From Pavona decussata (Eukaryota), in the NCBI GenBank assembly GCA_977016875.1, contig CDRNST010000128.1, forward strand, positions 310,001 through 374,000: a stretch of 64,000 nucleotides of DNA, in the 5' to 3' direction. The position numbers and the translations under genes are program-made. The notes under the pieces were generated by a model. That model ran no database searches. It had not been told where the DNA came from and worked only from the letters and a program-made list of their open reading frames with translations. Every line of letters starts with the position of its first letter. The first letter of the stretch is position 1. This document shows positions 1-14,369 of the stretch, one piece after another.

Positions 1-171
1 ATTTTATACCCACGGAAATCATTTAACAGTTAGCGTTCTCATATCGATGCCATATAAAACCTGAAGCAGGAAATACAGGAGCTCTACTCACCAAACGTGT
101 TTTACATTATTGTTATTTTCTATGAGCTTGGGTAACTCTTATTTAGGAAGAGACTAAGTTGAATTGCGTTC

Positions 172-3100
172 ATGGCGAAGATGATTTCCTTTCGCATTTC
201 ATGGGGAGTTCTCTTCCTTGGCTTTGTTTCAAGTGAGTATGGAATAATCAATTTATTTCATGGAAAGTTATTGTTGATATAGTAGGTAAATAATGAGCCG
301 CGATAATTTTCTGTCGCGAGTTTTGGTTAACGCTTTTTTCGGGTGCACATCAACTAATGATGGTGAATTTCCTTGCCCTTTCTGAACTTTCTGTCATCCG
401 CACGTATTCGTGAGTTTTGGCAAATTTAACTCGCTCGAACCGTCATAAAGTAAGAAATGTAGTATCATTAATCGCGTTTTAAAACTTTTACGAAAGGAAA
501 ATATATTCGTGAGAACATGTTTCCAAAGCATTTCAAATGTGTATTGAAGGTTACACGACGTTTCGAACATCCACTTGTTATCGTCACTTGCTTGCCAACA
601 GCTTACCAATGACTTAAGAGATGTGGAAAATATTATCATGAGTATAGAAGAAAAAGGTTGAAAGTACTGAAAGGACAGGCTGATAATCCAACATAGTTGT
701 GTTTGCACATCCATATTGCCACTGTCTTTTGTAATTAAATTATTGTTTGTGTTGCCCTAATATCACACTCTTCACGAGTGTCTCAGTGCACTACATAAAT
801 GATAGATAGCTCACGGCGTTTGCAATTGAAAAACATTCACTTTGGGAATTCTTAGTTTTAAATTAAATTGTGTCTTGTTTACTCACTATTATAAGTCTGG
901 ACGTTGAAATTGCCTGTTATCTTCAGTCGAATGTCTCTCAAAGAGCCATTTTCTTTTACTAAAACATTGTTCCACCCAATTCTTTGATGTCAAAAATTTT
1001 TTATCCAGCAATCGCGCGTCATCCTTTTAATTTTTGTTTTTCTTTTAGGATATGTCGTTCGTAAATTAATTTAATTTAGCACTAAAATAACGACGCTATA
1101 GGCTGAGTTTGTGGGGAATGAAAGTGAGAATCAGAAGTCGATGTTTGCGAATAATTCAAATAATTGGCTAACGGAGCTTTACGAAACGCTGGAGGCTTGA
1201 ATAAACTTGTTATTTGAACCCCATCCAGGGTAAGAAGGAAGGTTTGTGGTTTCTTTACAATATTCGAAACTGTGGTAAGCGTTGTAAGCGCTGTGCTGGG
1301 ACTGGTTTTAATCAGCTTTATATTTAATCATAGAGGCGCGTTTGGTAGAAAAACAGATGACTGTAGAGAAACACCCAGAATCGGGAGTTAAGGAAACTAG
1401 CTAGATTACAAAGTGTATTTTGAATTTCTTGCGTTGGAAAGAATTAAAGATATTACAGTGCAATGTATTTAAAATTCAATGAAATTTCAAAACACTCCTG
1501 CCAAGTCTCACTATTCCAGTATGTCACTAACCAAACGCGTGCCCGCTAAATTAAAAATGACTCTATCTCTCTCAGATATCAAACTCTTTCTTTTAAAATA
1601 CTCAATATTTCAAGTAAATAAGTTTCGTCGTGAAAGTATACTAAAAGAGTCGGAGCGAAAGCATTTTTTTCCGACGAGTATTAATTTTTACGGGAATATT
1701 TATTTGTCTTTAAGAAAATCCACAAATAAAGGGTTTTTATTTCATTTCAATTTAAATTTAGAATTGATATGAAAACTGCTCTAGAAAGGATAGAGAAGAG
1801 TAAATAACAATTTAAGCTGTTTTACATATATATGATTTGCGACCCAATATCGTGTTAAGATGCTTTTTCTTTTCATTCAAATTCCACTTGCTCGTGGTGA
1901 TGTGCACGCGTTTCTTGAATTCATTATCGTGTAGATTATACTGAAACTCTCCAGTTGTTAAATTCGATGTTATTTTACAATTGCTTTTTTTTCCGCAGTT
2001 CTCGAAAATTTTGGAAATAGAGTGAAAGGTAAGTTTATCATTTTGATGAGTGAACTTAGAGTGCTAAAACCTAGGGCAGGTGAAAGCGATAAAGTAAATG
2101 GAAAAAAGAAGCTCAATATTTTACACACGCCACCTGAAAAATTAAGTAATTAAAAATCTAAAAGCCAAGAACAATTTCAATTTTTTTTTCTTACAATGCC
2201 AGTGGAATCACCCTAAAGTTTCATAGTGATCGTTTCAATTCAAGGGATTCCTTAAAAATTGCATGTGTTAACGTCTACATTTTTTTAAGTTTAGATCAGA
2301 TCTAATTCGATTTTATGTTTAAAAAATTAACTTTCAGTCACTGTTGAATAACTCGAACTCAGTTTACAACTTCAACTAATATTTAAAAATGTCAAGGTGA
2401 CTGAGAGTTGCGCAATCGAACACCATTTTAGGCAAAAAGTTCTCCATTGCTCAATTGCGAAAACACTATAGAAAAAATTTGAGAAATTCGACCTAGTCTC
2501 ACAGTCTCTGAAACAGTTAATTTCTTAAAGGAATGTTTAGTTTTATCAAAAGAGTTGGTCGAAGCGTTGTTCCTATTTGATTATTCTTAGTTTTAAGATC
2601 GACCGATTTTAATGATTCCTCTTGCTTGTTTCGAGACTACCGGCGCGCAATCACTAAAAATAATTAGTGATAATAACTGGACCTCAATAGGAGTTAAAAT
2701 AAAACGAAGAGGCCGCGTTGTCAAAGGTTTGAGCACCAGACTTATTCTCTTTATTGTTCCTCGGTAAGAGTGTTTGGTTTATCATCAGAGTTGACAACTA
2801 AATGTAAATTGGCCACCGTAAGAGGATTCTAGTTCTGATGTTTTGAGTGTTAGCCATTTGTTTTAGCACTACAGTTTCGTTAGAAGCTAATCCCCTTATA
2901 CATTTGCTCGTCGGTAGCCCCTCTGGTAACAACAGATGACAGTTTTTTCATGGCTTTGCTGAATGAGTTTCCATATCACAGATTAATGTGATTGCCAAAG
3001 AAACAAACAAACAAAAAACAAAGTAACAAAACACTATTACTAACAAAGAACAAACAAACAGAAAAGGAGATTTTGTTCTCACAATGGTAATTAAGATTCT

Positions 3101-6100
3101 AGTCACTGTACTATTTCGTCCCTTTCTTTGCACAGGACAACATTGCTCATCTTACGAGCCGCTGGAACACAAAGAACTCGAGAAAGGCAACTGTGAGCAG
3201 CTCGTTAGTGGGACTCATGAAAAGTATCGTGCAGCGGAATGCATCATTTATCGATCCTATATACACTTGAAGCGGTGCCTGTCATCTTGGTGTAATCACT
3301 TTGCTTCTTGTTTCAATCAAACCACGAAATGGGCAACGCTTTGCAGTCGGCGTTTTTATTGGTTTCGGTCATCTCAGTTTGACATCTCTGTTAGAGATGA
3401 AGGAGTTAATGCGTCTTACGTTAGGAATATCCACATTAAGTACTGCGAGAAAACCTATCCAGACTGGAAGACTGTGAGATTTAAATTCTCCATCAAGACG
3501 ACAGGGTATCAATGCCAATCAGAGACAGCAATAAATGGCAAGTAGAAGCTAAAATTTAAGGGAAGCGCTGGAAATACTCTATTCCAACCAAACTGCAAAA
3601 TAGGTTGTGGTCTCTGCCTGCAGCCCCCTTTCCTCGACCTCAAAAGATGGTTTCTTTATTGCATATATAGTCACCCCTCCATCCAGCAGTAAAAAAATGA
3701 CAATAAAAATTCAAATCTCACTTTCCTTGTTAATTTTCGCACTGCTGAATATTTATGTTTCAGTCCCTAACCCTCTTACCCCAAAGAAGGTGGGTCCTTT
3801 TCCAACAAACTTGTTATGACCAGTTCGCAAACACCTTATTTCCTTATTGGTGAAGGCGCGGTTGTTTAGTGGTTATCGGGTCGGACTTTCGTTCAGAAGT
3901 TGTTTTAAGCAAATGTGAAATAAAATGTTGTTGTTGTTGGTAAACACTTTTGTACTGAGATAAATATCTGGCATTTGGGATAAATTATTTGTTGTCTTTT
4001 GTGTGCAAGCTTTTGAAATATTTCTACAATAGAGTCTTTCTGTCGAGGGACTATCGACAGATAGTTTCTAGGCGGAAATTTGAAGTGCTTAGAACAGATA
4101 TGCTCTTTCAAGAACATCAAATCCCCAAGTGGCAACTATTTTGCTATAACACTCTCGCGCCTTCCCATCTACCCTTCAATCCGCCACATACTTTCGCTTC
4201 AATCGCGGTCATATATTTAGTGCATTTTTTTTTAATTATTTCCTTGCACCCTAAACTAACCTTGTCCTTCTTACGTTGTATATTATATAGCCGCTTGTTC
4301 AGGAAAATGGATTGGCTACGACAAATGCGATAAGCTAATTAATGGCACACACAGCAGCTGGTACAGCATCTCCTCCACTAATGACTGGTGCAAATCGTTT
4401 GAAGCCTGCCTTGAGTCAAAAAAACTGAAAAAAAGATGCCTCGCCGACTTTCGCTTCTACTACACCCACTTCTGGTATTATTACTACCAAGGATTTACGT
4501 TCGAAGTCAACAATTATCTACCTGATACCCGGATACAAGTTCATTATCGATGCGGTTATCCTTACACTTTTGGTGTCAATATTATTCGGTGTGACTCTGT
4601 TGTGAACAGCAACGGAAGCCGTGAGTATAACATTTTTGTGTGGCCTCAGCTGTCCATTTAAGACCATTATGCAATTATATTATACCTGATTTACTTTTTT
4701 GCTTCATATTCGAGTACTGACTTGGAGAAAACTTCTTTTCTTTTCACGTCCCTTCATCATGTTCGGAAGAAAAACAGAAAGAGCTATTCTTACTAGTGAT
4801 TTGTCTTTGTGATGTAGTAAAACAAGAGGAGCTATTCTTACGAGTGATTTGTCTTTGTGATGTAGCAAAACAGAAAGAACTATCCTTAAGAGTGATTTGT
4901 CTTTGTGATGTAGTAAAACAGAAGGAGCTATTCTTATGAGTGATTTGTCTTTGTAATGTAGTCAAACAGACAAATAAATGAACCAATAAACTAGAAAAAA
5001 TAAAGGAAAGTTAACTATGGGTGACAAAGTTGGCAAGTTCGGCTACTATTATTCTCCTTTTAAATCGCAATTGGCATTTACATTTAATAATTACATTTTA
5101 ACTCATTTGGTTAACCGTACGCAATAATTACGTGGACATGCAGGCGAATTAGCTTCTGTTTCGGGGTTTTTCTGGAGGATATGTCTGATAGCAGAATTGC
5201 TGTTTAGTTTTGCGATCTACCAAAATTTCCCAAATTGTTTACACTGTTTGCATTCGCTTTGACGATGGGCTTAATGCTCCATGGAAACATCAGTACTGCA
5301 TTAGTTTCTACTCCCCAACCAACGCAACACCACAGTTTCTTTAGTAGCCCCCCAACTCCCAACCCCCCCCCCCCCTCCTCTTCTTATGTTCAACTCCTTT
5401 CTCCCTTTTGTCTCATAATTAGAAGTTTACGCAGGAAAAGATAGTAATGATGACGATGATGATAATGAGGATTATGACGTAAATACAGAGGTGCGTGTAC
5501 CTGCCTAGGCCGATGAAATACTTTCACAGGGGAACCAATAATATGTTTTGGAACTGGCTAAAAGTATTTCTAACTCAGTGATAACCAAGTCCTGGGTTCG
5601 ATTCTGTTTGAAAACTGATCTCGTTTTGTTTTGTCTTTGTTTTTTTGTTTTTTTTTTGTTGTTGTTGTTGTTCTTCTTCTTCTTGTTATATGTTCGTTAT
5701 ATAGTGAATACTATATCTTTCTTATACATTTGCATGTAACGAAACTAAAAAAAGTGAATCACAAATAAGGACCGTTTCAACTTTTTTGCTAATAATTATA
5801 AACCGTGACTAACCGTAAATGTGCTCAGCCTCAGCGGTTGTGAAAGCATCACTGCATTAGGTGTAATAAAAGAATCTCACTTTGTTTGACTTTGTAATGC
5901 ACATTGTCTTTATGTAAGATATTAAACTTGGTGTAACCTTAATGGTAGTATAGTTTTTTGTTTAGAAATTCTCAAACANNNNNNNNNNNNNNNNNNNNNN
6001 NNNNNNNNNNNNNNNNNNNNNNNNNNNNNNNNNNNNNNNNNNNNNNNNNNNNNNNNNNNNNNNNNNNNNNNNNNNNNNNNNNNNNNNNNNNNNNNNNNNN

Positions 6101-9100
6101 NNNNNNTAGATGACAAATGCCATAAACTCCCTTGACGTTCAAAGAAACGACTCTTTGCAGGTATTATAACTTTGACTTCTTTCCCAGCAAAAACGTATCT
6201 GTCACTGAATCGAAAATATTGGTTTCCTGCTCTGGAATCATGATTTTAAAATGTAAAAAATGTAAAAATTCTGTACTCAGAGCGCAATTGAAATTTCTTT
6301 TAAGTGGGATATTTTGTTAGGTTCCAATGAACTTCGTCAGCCACAATGCAAATTTGAATGTTAAGAAGGGTTATATCATGGACCCGAGGGAGCTAAGATG
6401 GTGTCATAGATGTTGGCTAATTCGAAACCATTGTCTCTGTTCAACGAGGGCTTACATAATTTTATCTCAGTTGCCTCCCGTATGCGGCGTTTGAATGTGT
6501 TACTTCCGTGACAAGAACTTTTGTTTTGCTGGAATCCACTAAATGACCCGTGAGCTGGCAATGTTCATGAACGGCTGACGAATTCCTAGAAAGATGTTCC
6601 TTTACTCGAGTTTCTAATAACCGAGAGGTTTCGCCCACATAATCTTTATCCAATGTTCGCAATGGATGTGATATTCTGTCCCACTGTATAAACTCGTGTG
6701 ATTTGAAGGTCACACTTGTCCACAAGTGTAACCTTATCCCACTTTAGAGAAATTTTAATTGCGCTCTGAGTACAGAATTTTTATATATTTTTTTATATTT
6801 TAAAAGTATCTGTCATTGTTCTAATCATGCTTTCGTTTTCGTCAACTCTCTACATGTTTAGTTAACTCTATCTAGGCCGGGGTAGGAGGGGGTGGGGGGG
6901 ATTCTGCCCGCGGCGACTTTGAACCTGAGTAACATTTTTTTTAATATTTAAGCAAACATCATGAAATTTAATGACTTCTTCAGAAATTCACCTGGGAACA
7001 ATTTGGCGTGGTTAGCTAGTGTTCCTTGACTTTAAATGAAGAAAGATACTTTTTAATAGTCACTTTTATGTTGTTAGCTCATATTAGTGTTGTTTAAATG
7101 CTTTTGATTACTTTTCATTCAAAAAATTGAAGTTTATGGGAAATAGCGAAATCCAAGATGACCGCCATTTGGCAATTATGACGTATATTACCACGTATAT
7201 GAAGTCATCACTTCTCATGACGGACCTCGAAGGAACAACTTTGAATGCATTATTTATACTCCAAATGTCGTTATCATTCGAGTGCCATGTTTGTCAAAAA
7301 TTCTCGTTGAGATAAGAGAAATTTTGTGCTGATAAAACGAAAGAAAAGACCTTGGATACAAACCAAAGCTAGGTGATGTCCCTAAAAAGAAGGGTAAAAG
7401 GACATTTTATGTAGAAAGCGATAGCAGACACTGACAACTGGGCTCCTGGCTCGATCAAGCTGCAACTTCACAGATCGAAGAATAATCGAGGGAGGCACAA
7501 CGCGATACACCACTTTCGTTTAGCTTATATTGACTATAATACACACGCGCATGCCTTTTCCGTGAATTTCAATATATTGATTTTTCTTGAGTTCCTGTAG
7601 GGAGTTCCAACATTCCTGTTCGTAGAACAAGCATTTTTTACCACTTGCCTTTTAAAGGTGTGCAGAAAAAAGGTGGGTTGTCCAGAGGGAATTATCGGGA
7701 AATAAGTTAAGTAATATGGGATAGAATCCAATTATTTTTCTGTTTTTGTTTTCCTTATCTATTTCCAGTAAAACATACCGTATCATATATAATATTTTAA
7801 TGTGCTAATAACAACTGGTTTTGTGTATTCTTTAGAATGCCGTCGAAGTTTTTGATGCTGTAATCAACGAGTACATTAACAGGACATCTCTTTCTGGTAA
7901 ACGTTTGAATAAAACGCTCCAAGAAAAAATGGAAGACATTTTAATGGCCACGGTTACTTTTGAGGATTTTGCACTAAGATTTGGCCAGCATCATCTTAAT
8001 CAGTCATCACCTGTCTTGAACCTGGCAAGCGAAAAAGTTGGTTAGTGTTTATTTTTATCGTGTTGTTATTGTTTGAGTGCCTCGATAAGGTTCAGCTGAT
8101 AGCTCAGACTTGGCCAGAACTTTAACTGTCTGTGTAGAGAAGCCTAAAACAAGGAAAGCGCAGGACACTCTTAGATGGCGGCCATTTTAACTCCTGCCTT
8201 TTTATTTTATTGTTCTCGTTTTTCCATAAGCACGTACATGAACTGATTCTGCAACAGACAGCATTGAGGCAGTATAAATGAGTTGGGATTTTGCAAGCTT
8301 AGTCCTCCCAAACAGTGTTAGATCATGCGTCTACAACAGATTGAGTTTGGACTCTATCTTTGTTAAAATTTATTTAATACCCATTGTTACTCCTGCGATA
8401 ATAAGAGAGAGAATAAGAGAGATATGTCCCTAGTAAGTATGGCAGTAAAGAATGTATGCCAACGTGAAAATGACCAATTCTAAGATACTTATCCCTAAAG
8501 TACCTCCAACGTGATCGGTAATGGGACAACAAAACAACGAAATGAATACGGTCTGCTGTCTCAGGAAAAACCAACTTTACCATAAATAATTAATGCATGC
8601 TCTTTCAGATTTGCAAGTCAGGAGAGGTTTCTACGAAAACGAGACCGATTTTCGTCTCCAGCAATCAAAAGGACAAAACTACATCAGGATTCCCTCGAAG
8701 GATTTTCACAACGGTTAGAATCATTTCAAATACCAAGTTTAAAGATCGACATCGCTAGAGTTCGCATTTAACCAGCTTAATCGTCTAGTCTAAGAATATG
8801 GTTTTCACCAGACTTGATTATTAAATCAGTATTACAAATGCAACGTGAAAATTAACAAAAGCAACTATCATGCTAAAATTTAATTTCGCAAGTTGGTAAC
8901 AGAAGGTCAAAGATGGCCACTGCTAATTTACGTTTAGAGGTTTATTGTTCTGGTGTTATGTATTTTTTCTATTTCCTTATCATTGCCCAGGGTCAGTGTT
9001 ACTGGGAGTTGTGTACAAAGATCTAAACGAGCTGTTTGAAACAAATCAGACTGAATCCAACACAGCTAACAAAACCAGGTTTGAGTAATGTAAAATTTCA

Positions 9101-12100
9101 TTTTTGCTAGCTTATGGTTAGATAATACTTCTCCCCTAGCTCGCTTATTATAAAATTAACACATTGAGGGACGTATAGCGAAACTATTGAAAACCCATTT
9201 TGTTTCTGTTTATTTATTTTCAGCAGAAGCCTCAACACTGTCATAATGTCAGCAACTTTGTATCCCCGGACTGACACACTGCGAGAAAATCTGACCCTGT
9301 TGTTCACGAATGTCAAGGTACCTTGTCCAATTGTGGAGTAAATTATTTGAAATGGACCCAAAGATGGACACTCCTTTAACCCTATCTAAACCGGGAGGGG
9401 GGGGGGGGGGGCGATTCTGCCCGCGGCGACTTTGAACCAACATACCTTTTTAATATTCAAGAAAACGCAATCACACTACACTTTAGGGGGTTTTAGGAAA
9501 TTTATCTGGAAATAAGGAAATATCATCAGTTACTGTTCATTGACTTTGATGTTGCCATGGTAACCAACTTTTGACTGGCCTTTTTTTTTCCGAAAATGGA
9601 AAATCACTATTTAAAATAAAGAAAAATTACTTTTCTTTCTGTTTTTAGCCCATGTTAGTGTTCGTTTATTGGTTCAGTCTGATTACTTTTCTCTTAATTC
9701 CGGTGCTTTCCTGAAGGAAAAGTTGTTTTAAAAGTTGTTCCAAGATGGCGGATCCAAGATAGACACCATTTGACAATCACGATGTCATCACAACGTCAAA
9801 TTGCGTCATCACTTCGCGTTGCGGACGTCAAAGGAGACATCTTTGGACGTACTATCTCTCCTCTCATTGTGATAGCTGTTATACTTGCGAAGTTATGGTG
9901 GGGGCGGAACCCCCCCTTCCTGGCTCCAGAAGACAAAAAGCCCGGTCTAGATAGGGTTGAATTAAAAGTTATTAAAAGGCGTTTCAAGTTCACGTCCTCG
10001 AGACGAGCACGTTACTTAGATAGACACCTTTCTACAAATTGGACACCTCTCTAGCTAAGGTGAACACCTCTTCAAGATAGGCACCTCTCTAAGGTGGACA
10101 CCCCTCTTAGACAAACTCATTTCTGTAGCAGCTTCTTGTGACACTACTCTGAGATCGCACTTCACAAAAACGAGTACCCCAGAAAAAGAGATACCTCTGT
10201 AAAATGGGAACACACCCCTCTAAGCTGGAGTCTTCTTACTATAAAATACCTTAATCATTGAATTTTGTTAAATCGACTGCTTGGTTTTAGAAAGCAACAA
10301 GGAACAGGGAATGCGTGTTTTGGAACTTTTTAGAAAGCAGGTGAGTGCCCTTGACCTTTAATTGACCCATTTATGAATTTCAATCGACCACTGGCCAGTG
10401 CTTCCCGAACATTGCCAAAACGGCTGGTTTGACTAAATTTCGGCACACGCGACGAAAATCTACGAGTAATGGCAAATGACTTGAAGCAAGAGATTGGACA
10501 ACTGACGGCGAAAAAATCGCAAATGTGACGAATTTGAAGTAATTTTGTGAGATTGCTCAGATTAACGGAAGTCGACCGGAGTTAATAGCAGGGTAAAAGA
10601 CATATTTTCGTCCTCTCCAGTAACGATCGCCACTGATTGTCAAGATTGTTCAGTTTTACTGAAGTCAACCGCAGTTGATGCAAAAGAGTTGAAATTGCGC
10701 CGGACTTGCCAAATCACCAAAAAAAAAAACAGAATCATCAAATCTGCCAACAACACAGGATCATGTGTATTGAACTGCAATAGTTTGCATCTTGATAACT
10801 ACAAATAATCGAGTAGATATTCCGACTGGTCTGTTGGCGAATATCACTAGCTTGAATTGGTATCTTTTGGGCATTACCTGATTGTCATCGATTCGTTAGC
10901 CTGTAAACAGGCTCCCAAGTCGGGTAGCAGGGACGGGAGAAAAATCGATCTCTCCGCGTTCGGCTCGCGGATTTTTTAATTCCCTTGTGCCCCACTTTAG
11001 GATTCTGTTTATGGGCCACGATCCCATACGTTATTATCTCAGTCCAGTTGTTTGGTATTTTATAAGCTAATAATCAACTCGGCGTGGCCCTGAGGACAAT
11101 TCTCTTATAGATTCTAATCGTTAAACCCTTTTTGCAGTCCCGTAGGCTGGTTAGGACAAGGATGCTTTGTGAAATCAATGGACGATTCCAAAACAGAATG
11201 CAGCTGCAATCACTTGACTCACTTTGCTGTTCTTATGCAATTTGACACAAACACAGCAGCTACTACAGACACCACTATATCCGAGGTAAGACCCAGGCGA
11301 ACTAATTTTTTTTACAATCCTTTAAGCCGATGATACATAATCGCCATCAAATGATAAAATTCAGTTACCATGGATCCAACCTATCTTGGATTATTCCGTA
11401 GTTTTAGTGTGGAAATTAATAAAAAAAAAAAGAGTACTTAAGTTGATTCATACAATCGAATACAACAGGATAATGTAAAAAGTACTTAGTGGTGAGGGGT
11501 GAGGAGGTTGGTAGTGGAGACAACGCTTCTTAAAATTGTGAAAACTCAACTCTGAGACTGATATTTCAAGGATAAAACAAGGTCATTAACAATCATTAAA
11601 CTAAACAAAATTCTTTCTTTGACAAGTCTTTTGAATGTTGTCAGATAATTATCTGTTCAGACCATTAAATGAAGCACGACACAACATAATCTGGAAACAC
11701 AGGGAACAACTTCAAAGTAATTTGCTTAAACCAAGCTCGTTGGGTGCCATTCGTTAATACGTGTCTTGTTTATTCTATAAAGACAGATGAGAGAATATTG
11801 AACATCCTCACCAACGTGGGTCTAGTCCTATCCTTGATCGGAATTATATTGACAATTATCTGCTACTTTTTCCTCACGTAAGTATGATTCTCTGCTGCGA
11901 GTAAATTCCTTGGCTTTTGGCTTGTTCTTGTTTTATTCTTAATTTATCGTCTGTTGGTTTGAACATAGCTTGGTTTTCTTTGTTTTACAGAGACGTTAAA
12001 ACACCTTTATCCCAGATCCGGGTCAGCCTCGTGTCATCTCTCGGAGCAGGGCAAATCATCTTTATGGCGGGAATTGGGGCGACAGAAAACAAGGTAAGAA

Positions 12101-14332
12101 CTAATTATCCAATAAAGCAATCCCCGAAAAAGTTCTCAAAGAGCTTTCATCCATTTTTTTCTTTTTTTTTTTTTTACCATAGCTGTCAAAATTCCTGAAC
12201 GCTGATTGGCTCGTAGCTATTGTCTATTAGAATACAGACAATTAAAATGACGTCAGATGTAACGCGCTTTTTCTTAACGGAAAATATGGCCATTTCCGTC
12301 AGTACCTTTTCCGTGTTAAAAGAAAAAAAAATAGACGGCAGTTTTCTATGGTCTGTAGTCTCACATAATGGACGACATAAAATGTTCAAAGCTTCGTAGT
12401 GAACACCACTTGAGTTTTGAACATTTAATGGCCTATAAGAGTATAGATCATAGAAAACTGCCGTCGATTTAATGAATGTCGACGCAAAGCCTGAAGAGGG
12501 GATCAGTCAAAACCCTAATATCATTTCCAGACTCCAGTAGGAATGGAAAATTGAAACAAAATTATAACATTGGATACCCATTTTGACTTAAACGTGGCAT
12601 TAGGCAATCTTCTTCTCTCTCTTCGTAATTTTGTTGTGATTGTTGCTCACAGGGAAACCCAGAACCCGAGGGTAAGGATATATGACATCATGTAACTATG
12701 GTAACTGTCATTTTGCAGGGAGCGTGTGTAGCAGTAGCGGCTCTAATTCAGTACTTCCTTATGGCCGCTTTCTGTTGGATGTTAATCGAGGGAATTTATC
12801 TTTATTTGTTTGTGGTCAAAGTTTACAACGTCAGCAACAAAGTGAATATTTGTCATGGATTTTCCTGGGGTAAGTTCAACTGTGGGCTAGAATTTTTCAA
12901 AATGAAAGTAGAATTTAACCTCCTTGCGCGCTAGAGAAACTGAGAAAGGAAAGTAAAGGACAAAATTAAAATTTATGCTTAGGTTCAATCCATAGACCTT
13001 AATAAGCTTCCGAAACAAAGTTAAAATCACCTTGTAGAGAGTAAAAGACTGATTTTCATCATCGCTTACAATCGNNNNNNNNNNNNNNNNNNNNNNNNNN
13101 NNNNNNNNNNNNNNNNNNNNNNNNNNNNNNNNNNNNNNNNNNNNNNNNNNNNNNNNNNNNNNNNNNNNNNNNNNNNNNNNNNNNNNNNNNNNNNNNNNNN
13201 NNNNNNNNNNNNNNNNNNNNNNNNNNNNNNNNNNNNNNNNNNNNNNNNNNNNNGCTATGATCGGCCTCGGTCCCGAACTAGATTGTGTGGTAGTCGTTTC
13301 TTTCCAAGCTTCCGGAGAAGAAAGCTTGCCTTCACGCATCTTCCGCGATCTATGACCTTCTGATTACTAGTTTGGATGCTCTACCACTGAAGCTTAGTAG
13401 AGCTCGAGCGTCCCAACTAGTAAAAGTAAAAACTCCGATATTCCTGCAATGCCTGTGTCGCTGACTGAATAGTAAGAGTGCTGTGAAGGATGAAACCCTT
13501 CAATATTCTCCTGAACAAAAAGTTATGAAAAGGAAATTGGAATGATCTGAAGAATCAGAATAAAATCTTTCACCTCAGCGAGATTTGAAGTCAAGACTTT
13601 GGTTTTTACTTGAGCATTTTTTCCTTGTTTGCGTTGTTTTATTTTCGCAGGTTTTCCCGTTGTTATGGTAACCTTATCATTGAGTATTGCTGCTGGTAAA
13701 GACGGAATCAAGAGTTTTGTCAGCGATAAATAGTAAGAATTTGAATTTGAAACTTTGTTTTTTTTATATCTCATCAGCACTTTATATTTTGGTACACGTA
13801 ATTTTGTGCGGCATAATATATAAAATATAAATATAAAAAGCATGTACATACCTCGTAGCCAGGCTGTATGTGGGCGGGCTACTAAGGAACAGGAACTTAA
13901 CTCCTAGCCTACAGGAAGTTTCCGTGGTCTTAGCTCTCCATGCCTTTATTATAATGCATTTTTTTATTGGAAATTTATTTGGCTAGCCCCTTTCTCTGAT
14001 GAGCCTTACATAAACCAAATGCAAAGGCTTTAAAATTTAATTTCAAAATTTTGTAGTAATTCAGTCAACGTTTCGATTTTTTTTCGTAGTTGCTGGTTGT
14101 CTACCTCCAGCGGTCTGCTCTGGATATTTGTCTCCTTTATTGTTGTAGTTGAAGTGGTAAGCTGCAATTATACCACAGTAAAATCAAGTTTTGTTCTATT
14201 TTTAAAATTAGAGTTTTTGTTTGTCTGTCATTGAAAAGACGTTGAACGGCACTTTTAGGTCTGAATTCATATCGCTATTGTACGTTTCTGATTTTCTTTA
14301 ATTTACGAGTATATAGAAATGATGACTATGAA

Positions 14333-14369
<37 letters not shown>

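Noticed and set aside
4744-4986. 80-aa repetitive ORF / CRISPR-like array
   Set aside because: Head-to-tail 48-bp minisatellite with no unique spacers, in a eukaryotic intron; the ORF is a by-product
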